Assembly: GCA_951406725.2 (NCBI GenBank)
Contig: OX597821.1
Location: forward strand, 93,372,001-93,436,000
DNA: 64,000 nucleotides
Reading direction: 5' to 3'
DNA from: Octopus vulgaris
Taxonomy: Eukaryota
Under the pieces are notes generated by a model. It did not search any database, was not told the DNA's origin, and saw only the letters and a program-made list of their open reading frames with translations. Of the stretch, positions 12,097-23,760 are shown in pieces; the first letter of the stretch is position 1; the number at the start of each line of letters is the position of its first letter. The translations under genes were made by a program, and so were the position numbers.

Positions 12097-13357
12097 TTGG
12101 GTCATCTGATAAATAATACATTTTTTTATACTTTTATTTTTCAAAATTACAATAAACAAAGTTTGTTTTAATCTAAAATAAACTCTTCTTCATTTTCTAC
12201 ATTCCTCTTCCAACAATCTGGTAGATTTGCAATGCCACTCTTCCAAAATTCACTTACCTGTGATGAAAAATACTCCTCCAGTATTGACTTGACCTTGTCT
12301 ACAGAATTCATATTTTTTCTATCCAAATAATTTTGAAGACTGCAGAATAAATGATAATCAGATGGAGCAATGTCTTCCAAATATGGTGAGTGGGGCAATG
12401 TTTCCCATTCAAATTGCTCCAGCCTTTGGAACGTCATCCTCCTGTATGTGGCTGAACATTATCTTGATGAAAGAACACTTTTCATCAGGAAACCAAAGAT
12501 GGTCATTTTTCTTCTAGTACTGAATTAAGCCACTCAAGCCGTTCACAGTAGGTCTCCTTTGTTATCGTTTGGTTTGGCTTTAAAAGTTCAAAGTGGATTA
12601 AACCTTTCATATCCCATCAAACAGTTAACAACACCTTATGTGAGTGAAAACCTTCTTTAGTCTGGGATGCCGATGCTTCTCCTTTCCCTACCCACTGTCT
12701 TTGATGCTTGGCACTTTTATAGAGAACCCATTTCTCATCACCAATCACTATTCACTTCAAAAAATGTTCATTTGTGACACGTACACTTTCTGCACGCAAT
12801 TAAACTCAGAAAGTTTGTGAGGAACCCATTGATCCAATTTGTTGACTTTTCTGATGGCCCGCAGGTGTCAATTAATGGTTAAATGACCAAATCCAAGCTT
12901 CTCTGCTAGTTCCTCAACATTTACGATGGGATTTTGGTCTACCAGGGTTTGCAGAACATCCTCATCGAACTCTACAGATTTTCCAGGATGAGGCTTGTCT
13001 TCTAACCTGTAGTTTCTGGCTCAGAATTTCTGGAACCACCATTGACACTGGCTTATGCTTATTATCTGTTCCCCATATACTGCATCAGTATTCCTCACAC
13101 TTTTCCGTGTGTTGTTGCCTTTATTGATCTCATAAAGCAAAATATGTCAACTATGTTCCTTTATCACTTCCATCATAGCTTTGAAAAAATAACTGTTAAA
13201 ATCGAACTCCACCCTTCAAAACTTGCACTAAGAATAAGTACAAGGTAAAATTACTACCTGCTTTGCTAGCAAGTTGATGCAGGTAGTTTATCCTGTCCCT
13301 CTCCGACTTTTAGTTCATGCAATTGAAAAAAACTGCATTATTTATGGGATAACCCAA
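12097..13357 (-). mobile_element. Full-length decayed mariner transposon
   Basis: TIRs TTGGGTCATCTGATAAATAAT / ATTATTTATGGGATAACCCAA flanked by TA; 1.26 kb; minus-strand motifs QWVPHK (~12820), GDEKW (~12735) and PYLEDIAPSDYHLF (ORF 12168-12437); multiple disruptions. Confidence 0.92.
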
Positions 13358-14157
13358 TATGTATGTCATTCAGTTTGGGTTTGTCTCTCACTGCTTTTCA
13401 AATAGTCTTTACATTTATGGCTTAGCAATTCAGCAAACAGAGACTAACAGAATAAATATCAAACTTTAAATAAATACTGAGGTTGATTTCATCAACTAAA
13501 CATTTCGAGTCACTGCACCAGCATGGTCGCAGTCTAATGACTGAATTAAATAAAAGCATAAATTTACTGAACAGAAACAATTTAGAATTTAATATTCTTA
13601 CCAAAAATCTGATGCACCACCTGCAGTGGATTTGAACTGGTGGTCTCTGAATACCTCAGCCATTTTATATCTTCTCAGCAGGACTAGACGTATTCAATTT
13701 ATAGACACCTGTTCTATGAAAGGCTACACAGATAACAGCAGGATTTCACCTCAGTTAATAAAAAGTTAATAAGAAAATTTAATGTAACTTTCTGTAAATA
13801 AACACAACAAAATATAATTGAAGATTTGAATTAAATTCAATTAAGTTAATGAGTAAAAAAAAATTTTTTTTTTTTTTAATAAATTTTGAAAATTATTGTT
13901 CAGAAATAGAAAATGTTTTTGTTACATAGGCATGAGGCCAAAATAATAAAAATTTCTTTCATTAAAATTCTCTGATTTATAGAAGATGATGTTCTGATGC
14001 TCATGAATTTCCCATACATAATATTAATCAAGGAAATCAGTTCCATTGAAAGGTCAAACTTAGTTTGCTATTTAAATGTTTTCATTTTATTACAGTCTTA
14101 TGGTATTGTCTTTTTCAAATTATTTAGTTTTATTGTTAGTCAGCTGATATTGTTAGT

Positions 14158-14551
14158 AGGCGCAGGAGTGGCTGTGTGGTAAGTAGCTTGTTTACCAACC
14201 ACATGGTCCCGGGTTCAGTCTCACTGCGTGGCACCTTGGCGTGGCAAGTGTCTTCTACTATAGCCTCGGGCTGACCAAAGCCTTGTGAGTGGATTTGGTA
14301 GACGGAAACTGAAAGAAGCCCGTCATATATATGTATATATATATGCATGTATGTGTTTGTGTGTCTGTGTTTGTCTCCCTAGCATTGCATGACAACCGAT
14401 GCTGGTGTGTTTCTGTCCCTGTTACTTAGCGGTTCGGCAAAAGAGACCGATAGAATAAGTACTGGGCTTACAAAAGAATAAGTCTCGGGGTTGAGTTGCT
14501 CGATTAAAGGTGGTGCTCCAGCATGGCCGCAGTCAAATGACTAAGACTGAA
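14158..14551 (+). mobile_element. SINE family A, near full length
   Basis: Head to the start of the tail. Confidence 0.9.
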
Positions 14552-14639
14552 ATAATATATCGAAGTGGTCACATGATATGAAACAAAAGAAACTCTGGCA
14601 AGAACTAATAATATCTACTGATACATATGCCAGTTCACA

Positions 14640-14850
14640 TAAAAAGTACCCATGCCAGTTCACTTACAAATACCCAGAATCGGTGCTGGTACCACGTAAA
14701 AAGTACCCAGCACACTCTGTAAAATGGTTGGCATTCAGAAGGGCATCCAACCATAGAAACCAAGCTGAATCAGGGTGGAACCTGGTAAAGCTCTACAGCT
14801 TGTCAGCTTTAGTCAAACCAGCCAACTCATGCCAGTATGATAGTGATTTT
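14640..14850 (+). mobile_element. RTE-like LINE 3' end (diverged) leading into a GAT array
   Basis: GGTTGGCATTCAGAAGGGCATCCA motif followed by an expanded (GAT)n tail. Confidence 0.7.
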
Positions 14851-14871
14851 GATGACGACGACGACGACGAC

Positions 14872-14909
<38 letters not shown>

Positions 14910-15128
14910 CGATGATGACGATGATGATGATGATGGATGATGATGATGATGATGACGATGATGACGATGATGATGATGACGATGACGATGATGATAATGA
15001 TGATGATGATGACGATGATGACGATGATGATGACGATGATGATGATGACGATGATGATGATGATGATGACGACGATGATGATGATGATGATGACGATGAT
15101 GATGATGATGATGACGACGACGATGACA
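14850..15128. repeat. (GAT/GAC)n microsatellite
   Basis: Long trinucleotide array; source of the poly-D/M/S ORFs. Confidence 0.97.
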
Positions 15129-15332
15129 TATCTTTGTTTATTAACCCTGGATGAATGAAATGCAAAAGCTGACCACAGAAAAACTTCAACTGTGTATAGT
15201 GAGACACCCAACTCCACCAGTGATGTCTAGCATATGTCCCAGTTATGCCCCACTGATCACTCATATAATAATTCCTTACACAGGAACCCGTCACCGTCCA
15301 ACCCGTGCTAGCGCGGAAAACGGACGTTAAAC

Positions 15333-15370
<38 letters not shown>

Positions 15371-16391
15371 CAGGGAGACACAAGGTCACATATTTTTTTG
15401 GGGGGGAGGGGGCAGGTGTTACAGTCAGTTATATCAACATCAATTCACAGTATTCGTTTTTTGATCCCAGGTGGATGAAAGACAACATTAGCAGCATTTG
15501 AACTCAGGGCATAGAAGGAAGTCACTGAACTTTACAAAGCATTTTGTCCCATATTCTACCATTCTTTCCCTAAAGAAAAGAAAACAAGTAAAATAACATC
15601 ATTTAGGATTGATTACCCAAAAGCTGACATGGGAAGACTGCATTTGTCACAAACACAAGGATTTAGAGATCTTGTGCCACAAGAAAAACATTCTAAAATA
15701 TCTACCATATGATTATTAAAAACCATAAGGAACTAATACAAATAATAACAAATCTTGAAAAATACAAAAGAGGATTTTCTATCTTCAGAAAAGTGAACAT
15801 ATAAGAAAACAGGTGCTTCAGATAACAGACATTTGAGAGGAGGATAAAGAAACAGTAATAGAAACTATTAAACAACACTAAAAATGAAGTTAAAAATGTG
15901 ATTATAGAATGTCATGTTATGACAGTGGCAAGGAAAACCCCAGCACTGCTTTTACTTGGTAATACAGGATTATGTAGAAGTGGATAAAGAAGGAAGTGGG
16001 GTATCTCAGCATTGGCTGAGGAGTCCAAAACATGAAGTTAGGACCAAATGGTTTTCCTTAATATTAGAAGACTAAAGCCTTCCCTGTAGAAAATGCCAAA
16101 AACATATTATTCTGGGGATACATCTAACTGTAGATTCTTGTGAAAATCATCATTGTTTTCATTGTTATCATCCTTGTTTTATTGTTCACGTTTCCATGCT
16201 GGCATGGATCAGATAGAATTCATTGAGGCAGAGTTTCTATGGCTTGATGCCATTTCCATTGTCAAGCCTCTTGGCCAGATATGATTCCATGGAAAATTGG
16301 AAGTGAATGATGCTTGTTTACAACTATCACATTGTGTCAAAACAAGAAAGCACAAACACATGTATATAAACATATATACATATGTACATAT

Positions 16392-16569
16392 ACGACAAGT
16401 TTCTGTCAGCTTCCATCTATTAAATCCACTCATAAGGCTTTCTTCAGCTTAGGGCTATAGTAGAAGACACTTGGCCAAAGTGGCACACACACACACACAA
16501 ACACTGGGTTTGAACCCCAAACCATGTGGTTGGGAAGCAAACTTCTTAACCACTCAGTCATGCCTGCAC
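16392..16569 (-). mobile_element. SINE family A, 5' half (diverged)
   Basis: GGCTATAGTAGAAGACACTTG...AACCATGTGGTTGGGAAGC. Confidence 0.75.
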
Positions 16570-16656
16570 TGAGTATATAAAGATGTTCTAGAGGTGAAGG
16601 TTTCATACACTTGAAATTATGCTAGCATTATGGAATATTTATAGAAGAAAATGCAC

Positions 16657-17070
16657 AGACGCAGGAGTGGCTGTGTGGTAAGTAGCTTGCTAAACAACCA
16701 CATGGTTCCGGGTTCAGTCCCACTGCGTGGCATCTTGGGCAAGTGTCTTCTGCTATAGCCTCGGGCCAACCAATGCCTTGTGAGTGGATTTGGTAGACGG
16801 AAACTGAAAGAAACCTGTCGTATATATGTATATATATATATATATGTATGTGTGTATGTTTCTGTGTCTGTGTTTGTCCCCCTAGCATTGCTTGACAACC
16901 GATGCTGGTGTGTTTACGTCCCTGTCACTTAGTGGTTCAGCAAAAGAGACTGATAGAATAAGTACTGGGCTTACAAAGAATAAGTCCCGGGGTCGATTTG
17001 CTCGACTAAAGGCAGTGCTCCAGCATGGCCGCAGTCAAGTGACTGAAACAAGTAAAAGAGTAAAAAGAGA
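16657..17070 (+). mobile_element. SINE family A, full length
   Basis: Complete copy. Confidence 0.92.
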
Positions 17071-17559
17071 GAGACAGGAAGATTAATGCTAATACCTCAA
17101 ATATTTTGCCAAAGAGAAAAAAGAAAGAAAATACAGAAAAATAATTCGTGTAAAGTCCACCAGGGAAAAGAAACATCTTCTAATTAACATACTGACTCCA
17201 AAAAATGAGGATAAATAGAAGGAATGAAGAAACTATTCAAATATGAAATAGAAATAGAAAGATCCAGGATATATGATGTCTCATGAATAATGGTTTCAAA
17301 TTTTGGAAAAGAAGTTAGCAATTTCAGAGGGAGGTGGATAATCGATAACATTGACCCTGGTGCTTGACTGGTATTTTATTTTATTGAACCCTAAAAAGAG
17401 AAGGTTGACCTCAAAAAGATTTGAATGGGAAAACCTGGAAGAAATGCTACTAAATATTTTGCTTGCATGTTAATCATTCTACCAGCTTACCATCCTGTGC
17501 TTCAGGAATAATGATAAAAGGAAATGCCAGTTGTTACATAAGAAAATGACAGAGCAGTC

Positions 17560-17704
17560 AGGACTTATTCTTTGTAAGTCTAGTACTTATTCTATCACTC
17601 TCTTTTGCCGAACCGCTAAGTTACAGGGACATAAACACACCAGCATCGGTTGTCAAGCGATGTTGGGGGGACAAACACAGACACACAAACATATACACAC
17701 ACAT

Positions 17705-17739
<35 letters not shown>

Positions 17740-17843
17740 CACGACGGGCTTCTTTCAGTTTCCATCTATCAAATCCATTCACAAGGCTTTGGTCGGCCTG
17801 AGGCTATAGTAGAAGACACTTGTCCAAGGTGCCACGCAGTGAT
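17560..17843 (-). mobile_element. SINE family A, truncated at both ends
   Basis: Central part of family A. Confidence 0.85.
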
Positions 17844-18131
17844 ACTGTAGATGCTCTTTGTGAAGTTTATTCTTTTGTAAGTGTTTGGTTAATGTTTCTG
17901 GTTTGAGGATAAGTTTCTCTGTTCTTTCCAACAGTCATGATGGAAAGAAGGATATGGGGAGCTTTTTCCATGGAATCATTAGAAAACAGCTATGGATACT
18001 GACTAAGTCATTAAAAATGCAACAATAACAATATATATCTATCTATATATATATGTAGGTCCCGGGTTGAGTCGGGGTTAACCACAGTAAATAAGGTACT
18101 CAATACATAGCAGAGTAAATTTTATAGAAGG

Positions 18132-18182
18132 AGCTTCTACAGGACTAGAACTGTTTCATTCAAAAGAAATCATCAGGAAGCT
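18132..18182 (-). ncRNA. Type I hammerhead ribozyme motif
   Basis: Exact reverse complement of the motif at 18472-18522. Confidence 0.8.
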
Positions 18183-18471
18183 AGGTGACAAGAATAGTTT
18201 TGGCATTTATACATTTAGGCAGGTTTAAAGGGGTGGTGGTGGGGGACTTTTTGGGGTAGGCATGGCGCAAACTATCATTCTTAGGGGAGTGGTCAAAGGA
18301 ATTAGTGATAAAGTAGATAAAAGAATATTCTTTTATCTACTTTATCACTGACTCCTTTGACCACTCCCCCTAAGAATGATAGTTTGCGCCATGCCTACCC
18401 CAAAAAGTCCCCCACCACCACCCCTTTAAACCTGCCTAAATGTATAAATGCCAAAACTATTCTTATCACCT

Positions 18472-18522
18472 AGCTTCCTGATGATTTCTTTTGAATGAAA
18501 CAGTTCTAGTCCTGTAGAAGCT
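18472..18522 (+). ncRNA. Type I hammerhead ribozyme motif
   Basis: AGCTTC-CTGATGA-T-TTC(TTTT)GAA-T-GAAA-CAG(TTCTAGTC)CTG-TA-GAAGCT: 6-bp stem I, intact core, short stem II, 4-bp stem III, GUA triplet. Confidence 0.82.
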
Positions 18523-18533
18523 CCTTCTATAAA

Positions 18534-18572
<39 letters not shown>

Positions 18573-18605
18573 TAGATAGATATATATATATTGTTATTGT
18601 TGCAT

Positions 18606-19530
18606 ATCATCATCATCATCATTTAGCGTCCGTTTTCCATGCTAGCATGGGTTGGACAGTTCAGCTGGGGTCTGTGAAGCTGGAAGGCTTCATCAGGCCC
18701 AGTCAGATCTGGCAGTGTTTATACAGCTGGATGCCCTTCCTAACGCCAACCACTCCATGCGTGTAGTGGGTGCTTTTTACGTGCCACCCGCACAGGTGCC
18801 AGACAGAGCTGGCAAACGGCCACGAACGGATGGTGCTTTTACGTGTCACCGGCACGGGGGCCAGGCGAGGCTGGCAACGGACACGAACGGATGGTGCTTT
18901 TACGTGCCTCCAACACGGGGGCCAGACAGAGCGGGCAAACGGCCACGAAACAGATGGTGCTTTTACGTGTCACCGGCACGGGGGCCAGGCGAGGCTGGCA
19001 ACGGACACGAACGGATGGTGCTTTTACGTGCCTCCAACACGGGGGCCAGACAGAGCTGGCAAACGGCCACGAAACGGATGGTGCTTTTACGTGTCACCGG
19101 CACGGGGGCCAGGCGAGGCTGGTAACGGACACGAACGGATGGTGCTTTTACGTGCCACTGACACGGGAGCCAGACAGAGCTGGCAAACGGCCACGAACGG
19201 ATGGTGCTTTTATGTGTCACCTGCATGGGGGCCAGGCGAGGCTGGCAACGGACACGAACAGATGGTGCTTTTACATGCCACCAACACGGAGGCTAGACGG
19301 GGCGGCGCCGGCAACGAGCATGATCGGATGGTTCACTTAACCACAGCTGCAATTCCCACTGATGTTGATCGACCTCAATTTGGTTCTGCTTTCTGATATA
19401 TGAATTGATTTGGTTTGATTTTGATTCTCACTGGTCTTGCCGGGTTTTCTCACGCACAGCATACTTCCAAAGGTTTCGGTCTCTGGTCATTTCCTTGGTG
19501 AGACCTAAAGTTCGAAGGTCGTGCTTCACT
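18606..19530 (-). mobile_element. 5'-truncated RTE-like LINE (ORF C-terminus, 3' UTR with expanded tandem array, GAT tail)
   Basis: Minus-strand VKHDLRTLGLTKEMTRDRNLWKYAV resembles the RTE ORF C-terminal DL..LG....DR..W motif; about 9 internal units of 61-63 bp; (CAT)n at the left end. Confidence 0.85.
18770..19335. repeat. CpG-rich minisatellite with alternating 61/63-bp units
   Basis: GATGGTGCTTTTA recurs at 18829, 18890, 18953, 19014, 19077, 19138, 19200 and 19261. Confidence 0.92.
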
Positions 19531-19585
19531 ATATATATATATATATATATGATGATGATGATGATATATATATATATATATATAT

Positions 19586-19891
19586 GGAGGTGCAATGGCC
19601 CAGTGGTTAGGGCAGCGGACTCGCAGTCGTAGGATCGCAGTTTCGATTCCCAGACCAGGCGTTGTGAGTGTTTATTGAGCGAAAACACCTAAAAAGTTCC
19701 ACGAGGCTCCGGCAGGGAGTGGTGATCCCTGCTGTACTCTTTCACCACTCTTTCTCCCACTCTTCCTTCTGTTGGCCTGCTTGCTTAGCCAGCGGGGTGG
19801 CGTCATTCGAAGGCTAAAACGATGCGAACACATTGTGACCAGCGATGTGCAACAACATCTGATGGTCTGGTCGGTCACGTGATCACGTGAT
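19586..19891 (+). mobile_element. SINE family D (tRNA-derived head)
   Basis: TGGCCCAGTGG A box, GTTTCGATTCC B box, cloverleaf-like head, (CACGTGAT)n tail; closely similar copy at 37816. Confidence 0.88.
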
Positions 19892-20327
19892 ATATATATA
19901 TACAGGCAACTTTGTGCTTCAGGTTCAAATCTGATTCAAGTCAACTTTATGCTTTATGTCATGAATACCACAGTGCATTTAGTAAGGAGTTTACAGTTGG
20001 TCGAAAATCTTAGTATAAATTTGTTTTTTTTTAAACTGTTGATGGATCTAACTTAAAAAGAGATAATGCAAGTAGAATTTTAATTTTGAAGAAAACATTA
20101 CCAAAATAGGCAATATGCAATTAAAAAGTCTGCAATCTGCTTCATTTAATTAACTGGTACTTATGTTATCAATTCCAAATGAATGAATGTCACATTTCAC
20201 ATCAGAGAAATATGAACTCAGAACATAAAGAGTTATTACATGATATAATGAGTCATTTAATTGTTTTAATGATACAAAATAATTAAATGAATATGTATAC
20301 ACAGATGTGTATACATATTCATTTAGG

Positions 20328-20746
20328 AGGCGCAGGAGTGGCTGTGTGGTAAGTAGCTTGTTTACCAATCACATGGTTCCAGGTTCAGTCCCACTGCATT
20401 GGCACCTTGGGCAAGTGTCTTCTACTATAGCCTCGGGCTGACCAAAGCCTTGTGAGTGGATTTGGTAGACGGAAACTGAAAGAAGCCCGTCGTATATATG
20501 TATATATATATGCTTGTGTGTGTTTGTGTGTCTGTGTTTGTCCCCCTAGCATTGCTTGACAACCGATGCTGGTGTGTTTATGTCCCCGTTACTTAGCGGT
20601 TTGGCAAAAGAGACCGATAGAATAAGTACTGGGCTTAAAAAGAATAAGTCCCGGGGTCGAGTTGCTCGATTAAAGGTGGTGCTCCAGCATGGCTGCACTC
20701 AAATGACTGAAACAAGTAAAAGAGTAAAAGAGTAAAGAGTAAAGAG
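20328..20746 (+). mobile_element. SINE family A, full length
   Basis: Complete copy. Confidence 0.92.
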
Positions 20747-20790
20747 AGATGTGATTCAAGTAGAGAGCAGTAAATAAAGAGAGCACAGGC

Positions 20791-21013
20791 TTATTCTTTT
20801 ATTCTTTTATTTGTTTCAGTATTTGACTGCGGCCATGCTGCAGCACTGCCTTTAGTCGAACAAATCAACCCCAAGACTTATTTTTTTGTAAGTCTAGTAC
20901 TTATTCTATTGGTCTCTTTTGCTGAATTGCTAGGTTAGAGGGACGTAGACACACCAGCATTGGTTGTCGAGCAATGATGGGGGGGGGACAAACACAAACA
21001 CACAAACATATAA

Positions 21014-21054
<41 letters not shown>

Positions 21055-21095
21055 AAGGGCTTCTTCAGTTTCCGTCTACCAAATCTACTCACAAA
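20791..21095 (-). mobile_element. SINE family A, 5'-truncated
   Basis: Tail-to-tail with the previous copy. Confidence 0.87.
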
Positions 21096-21109
21096 TGCCT
21101 TTCTAAGTA

Positions 21110-21752
21110 GACCTCATACATGGTTCAAGCAAGATGGGGCAACCGCTCATACCACAAGAGAAACAATGCACTTGCTACGCCAATGCTTTGGAGAGAGAAT
21201 AACATCCCACTATGTCAATGTCAACTGGCCTTCACATTCCCCAGACTTGACAAGCCTGGATTTTTTTCTTGTGGGGATAACTGAAAGAGAGGGTTTACGT
21301 CAACAAACTGGAGACCCTGGTGCAACTGATGGAGAACATCATCATCATCGTTTAACATCCGTTTTCCATGCTAGTACGGGTTGGATGGTTCGACTGGGGT
21401 CTGGGAATCCAGGGGCTGCACCAGGCTCCAGTCTGATCTGGCAGTGTTTCTACAGCTGGATGTTCTTCCTAATGCCACAATAGAGAAATTAGAGAAGTGG
21501 GGTCTGAAACTCTTGAGGTTGAGGGTGTTATGATGCAAGTTTTGGAAAGAGCACGGGCATGTGAAACCGAAAATGGTTGCCATTTAAGTGATGTCATTTT
21601 TCATATGTGATGTAGAGATGTTGCAAAACTTGACTTATATACATTAATTTCCCTTATGTCATTTATATTGTATCAAAATTTCATGCATTTGTTTGTAAAG
21701 TTAAGGAAGTTATTAAAAATTGAAACCCATCAGTGACTTTTGGGACACCCTG
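21110..21752 (+). mobile_element. Tc1/mariner DD41D (rosa-like) transposon 3' remnant
   Basis: WFKQDGATAH...WPSHSPDLTSLDFF with 41 residues between the last two Asp; right end TTTTGGGACACCCTG-TA; interrupted by an RTE fragment at about 21337-21477. Confidence 0.82.
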
Positions 21753-22124
21753 TATAACCAATCAACTGCTAAATTTGATCTAATATGTCTATGTAAGAAA
21801 TTATTAACTGCTAAAAAAGCCATTATTTTCCCATGTTCACTGCAAACATCCTGCTCTGTAAATACAATTCTTTCCTTTTATCATGTTGTTGCATTGATGT
21901 TCATTTTTTTTATAAGCGTTGCTTTGATGGTGAGAAATCATCTTAACTTGATTGTAAGCAAAATAAAATTATGTTCAAAAAATATTCAAAACCATACGTC
22001 TATACCTTAAAACTTTTTCAGTATGAGGAGACATTGAATCTACTCTGAGGTTTAGCTCGTGTATGTAATTTAAATCTTTACTAGTTCTTCATTTGCCACA
22101 TGATGGACTGTCAAACTTATACAG

Positions 22125-22581
22125 CAACGTTCCTCAACCATTTTTCCCTTTCGTAATCCTTCAAATAAATTATATGTCTCAAGGAATCCCTGCACCAAAA
22201 AAATGATATACCATAGCTTTCTCGTGATTTTTACACCGTAGTTCATATGGTAAATATCATATATATATATATATATAAATGTTAGTGCGCCGGGCAAAAT
22301 CCCTAGTGGTATTTCGTCTGCCACTACGTTCTGAGTTCAAATTCCACCAAGGTGGACTTTGCCTTTGATCCTTTAAGGGTTGATGAAATAAGTACCAGTT
22401 ACGCACTGGGGTCAATATAATTGACTTAATCCATTTGTCTGTCCTTGTTTGTCCCCTCTATGTTTAGCTCCTTGTGGGCAGTAAAAAAATAATATATATA
22501 TATATAAAGACTAAAAAGTTTTGAATGGTACAACGATGTACTATAATACAAACAATGGGCTATATACCTGTTGTAATTTAG

Positions 22582-22620
<39 letters not shown>

Positions 22621-22765
22621 GTATGTATATGCACATATAATGTGCATGTATAGTAATATTACGATCATGAAATTTGCCTTAGCTTATTTCACTCTTTCTT
22701 GTGCAATCCCTAGGAACCTTTTACAGGATCCTAGGGTTCCAGGGAACCCTGGTTGAGAAACGTTG
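22125..22765. mobile_element. hAT-Charlie-like MITE interrupted by a family C SINE
   Basis: TIRs CAACGTTCCTCAACC / GGTTGAGAAACGTTG; flanks TTATACAG / TTACAGAG match 6/8; 3' part homologous to 2088-2306. Confidence 0.7.
22280..22490 (+). mobile_element. SINE family C
   Basis: GTTCTGAGTTCAAATTCC..GACTTTGCCTTT..AAGTACCAG. Confidence 0.82.
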
Positions 22766-23760
22766 TTACAGAGGGTGGGGCTGGCTCTACTTTGAAAATT
22801 CTGCTCAACTTCTCAAGTTTACTTTCCTTTCAATGTTTTCATTTTCTCTTTCTACTGTCCCTGACCATTTTCGACCCATGTTCATTGTTCCTTACCTACA
22901 AACGAAGAAACACTAACAATTGTGTCAGAAGAAGGGAGACCTTGGTTGTCAGCTTCTGGCTCTAAGGACAAAGAATTTCTTTTAGCACCCTCAGAGGTAA
23001 CAACTATAATAGTACTAGCTGGCCCTGTGCCCTCATGAATGATGGCTAATTGTAGTATTTTATATATAAATATGGATGGTAAATCAAATTAATACACTTG
23101 TGAATGTTATCTAGTGGTTGCCTTTTGAGATGTGACATCAATCACCGTTTGTTACTGAAAGAACGCTGGTTCACACATACAAACATTCACATACTTCCTT
23201 TGTACACGTGCACACATACACACACATATACTCACACAGAGTTGAAACACTGTTAGATTTTTCTTTTCAGTATCCCACTTCCATTGCACATACACGCACA
23301 CACACACACACACACAAACATTCACATGCCTCCCTTTTACATACACACACATATACTTACACAGAGTTCAAATGTTCCCACTACTAGTTTACCATCACCT
23401 CTTCCTTCCTTGTTCATCTATCACTCCTTCCTTTCTCATTCATATGTTGTGACGGAGAAAAACACAAGAGTATTATTATAGTAGATGATTAGAGGTACTC
23501 TGGGGGCAGCAGCTTCTGTATCCCGTTGTTGTTGTTGCTGTTGTGGTTGTTTCTAATGTCATCTGTCTTTTTGGTTTTTCACATTCTTCAAGCAGAAAAT
23601 CCTCAAATAGCCACTACAACCACATGTGTCTTCATTCTTGCACTGCCACTTTCATTGCTCTTCCTTCTGTAGTCTAGGTGGAACACAGCTCTAGAATGCA
23701 TCTGTGATTTGCAAAGGTTATTATGGTATGTATATCCTTTGAGGCCACAAGTATCCACAT

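Larger units (their letters stand above)
15600..17290 (+). mobile_element. Highly decayed R4/Dong-like (RLE-type) LINE remnant split by SINEs
   Basis: Conceptual translations YPKADMGRLHLSQTQGFRDL (~15615), QWQGKPQH (~15925), SQHWLRS (~16005), EYIR..FIHLKLC*HYGI (~16570) and KKHLLINILTP..EIER (~17170) resemble, in order, the post-RT and restriction-like endonuclease motifs of R4/Dong LINEs. Confidence 0.5.
18017..18605. mobile_element. Fold-back element (spacerless palindrome 18118-18535) with two hammerhead motifs; Penelope-like inverted pLTR
   Basis: ~208-bp arms with few mismatches centred at 18326/18327 (AAGAAT|ATTCTT); outer inverted match ATGCAACAATAACAATATAT / ATATATTGTTATTGTTGCAT. Confidence 0.8.

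Noticed and set aside
14578-15381. Poly-Asp, poly-Ser and poly-His ORFs
   Set aside because: Translation of an expanded (GAT)n retroelement tail
18652-19396. 157-208 aa repetitive ORFs and a CRISPR-like periodic array
   Set aside because: The units are tandem copies within an RTE 3' UTR; the intervening sequences repeat rather than being unique spacers, there are no cas genes, and the context is eukaryotic
19586-19665. tRNA gene (also at 37816, 36471 and 5699)
   Set aside because: The tRNA-like heads run directly into SINE bodies and lack a proper acceptor stem and Pol III terminator
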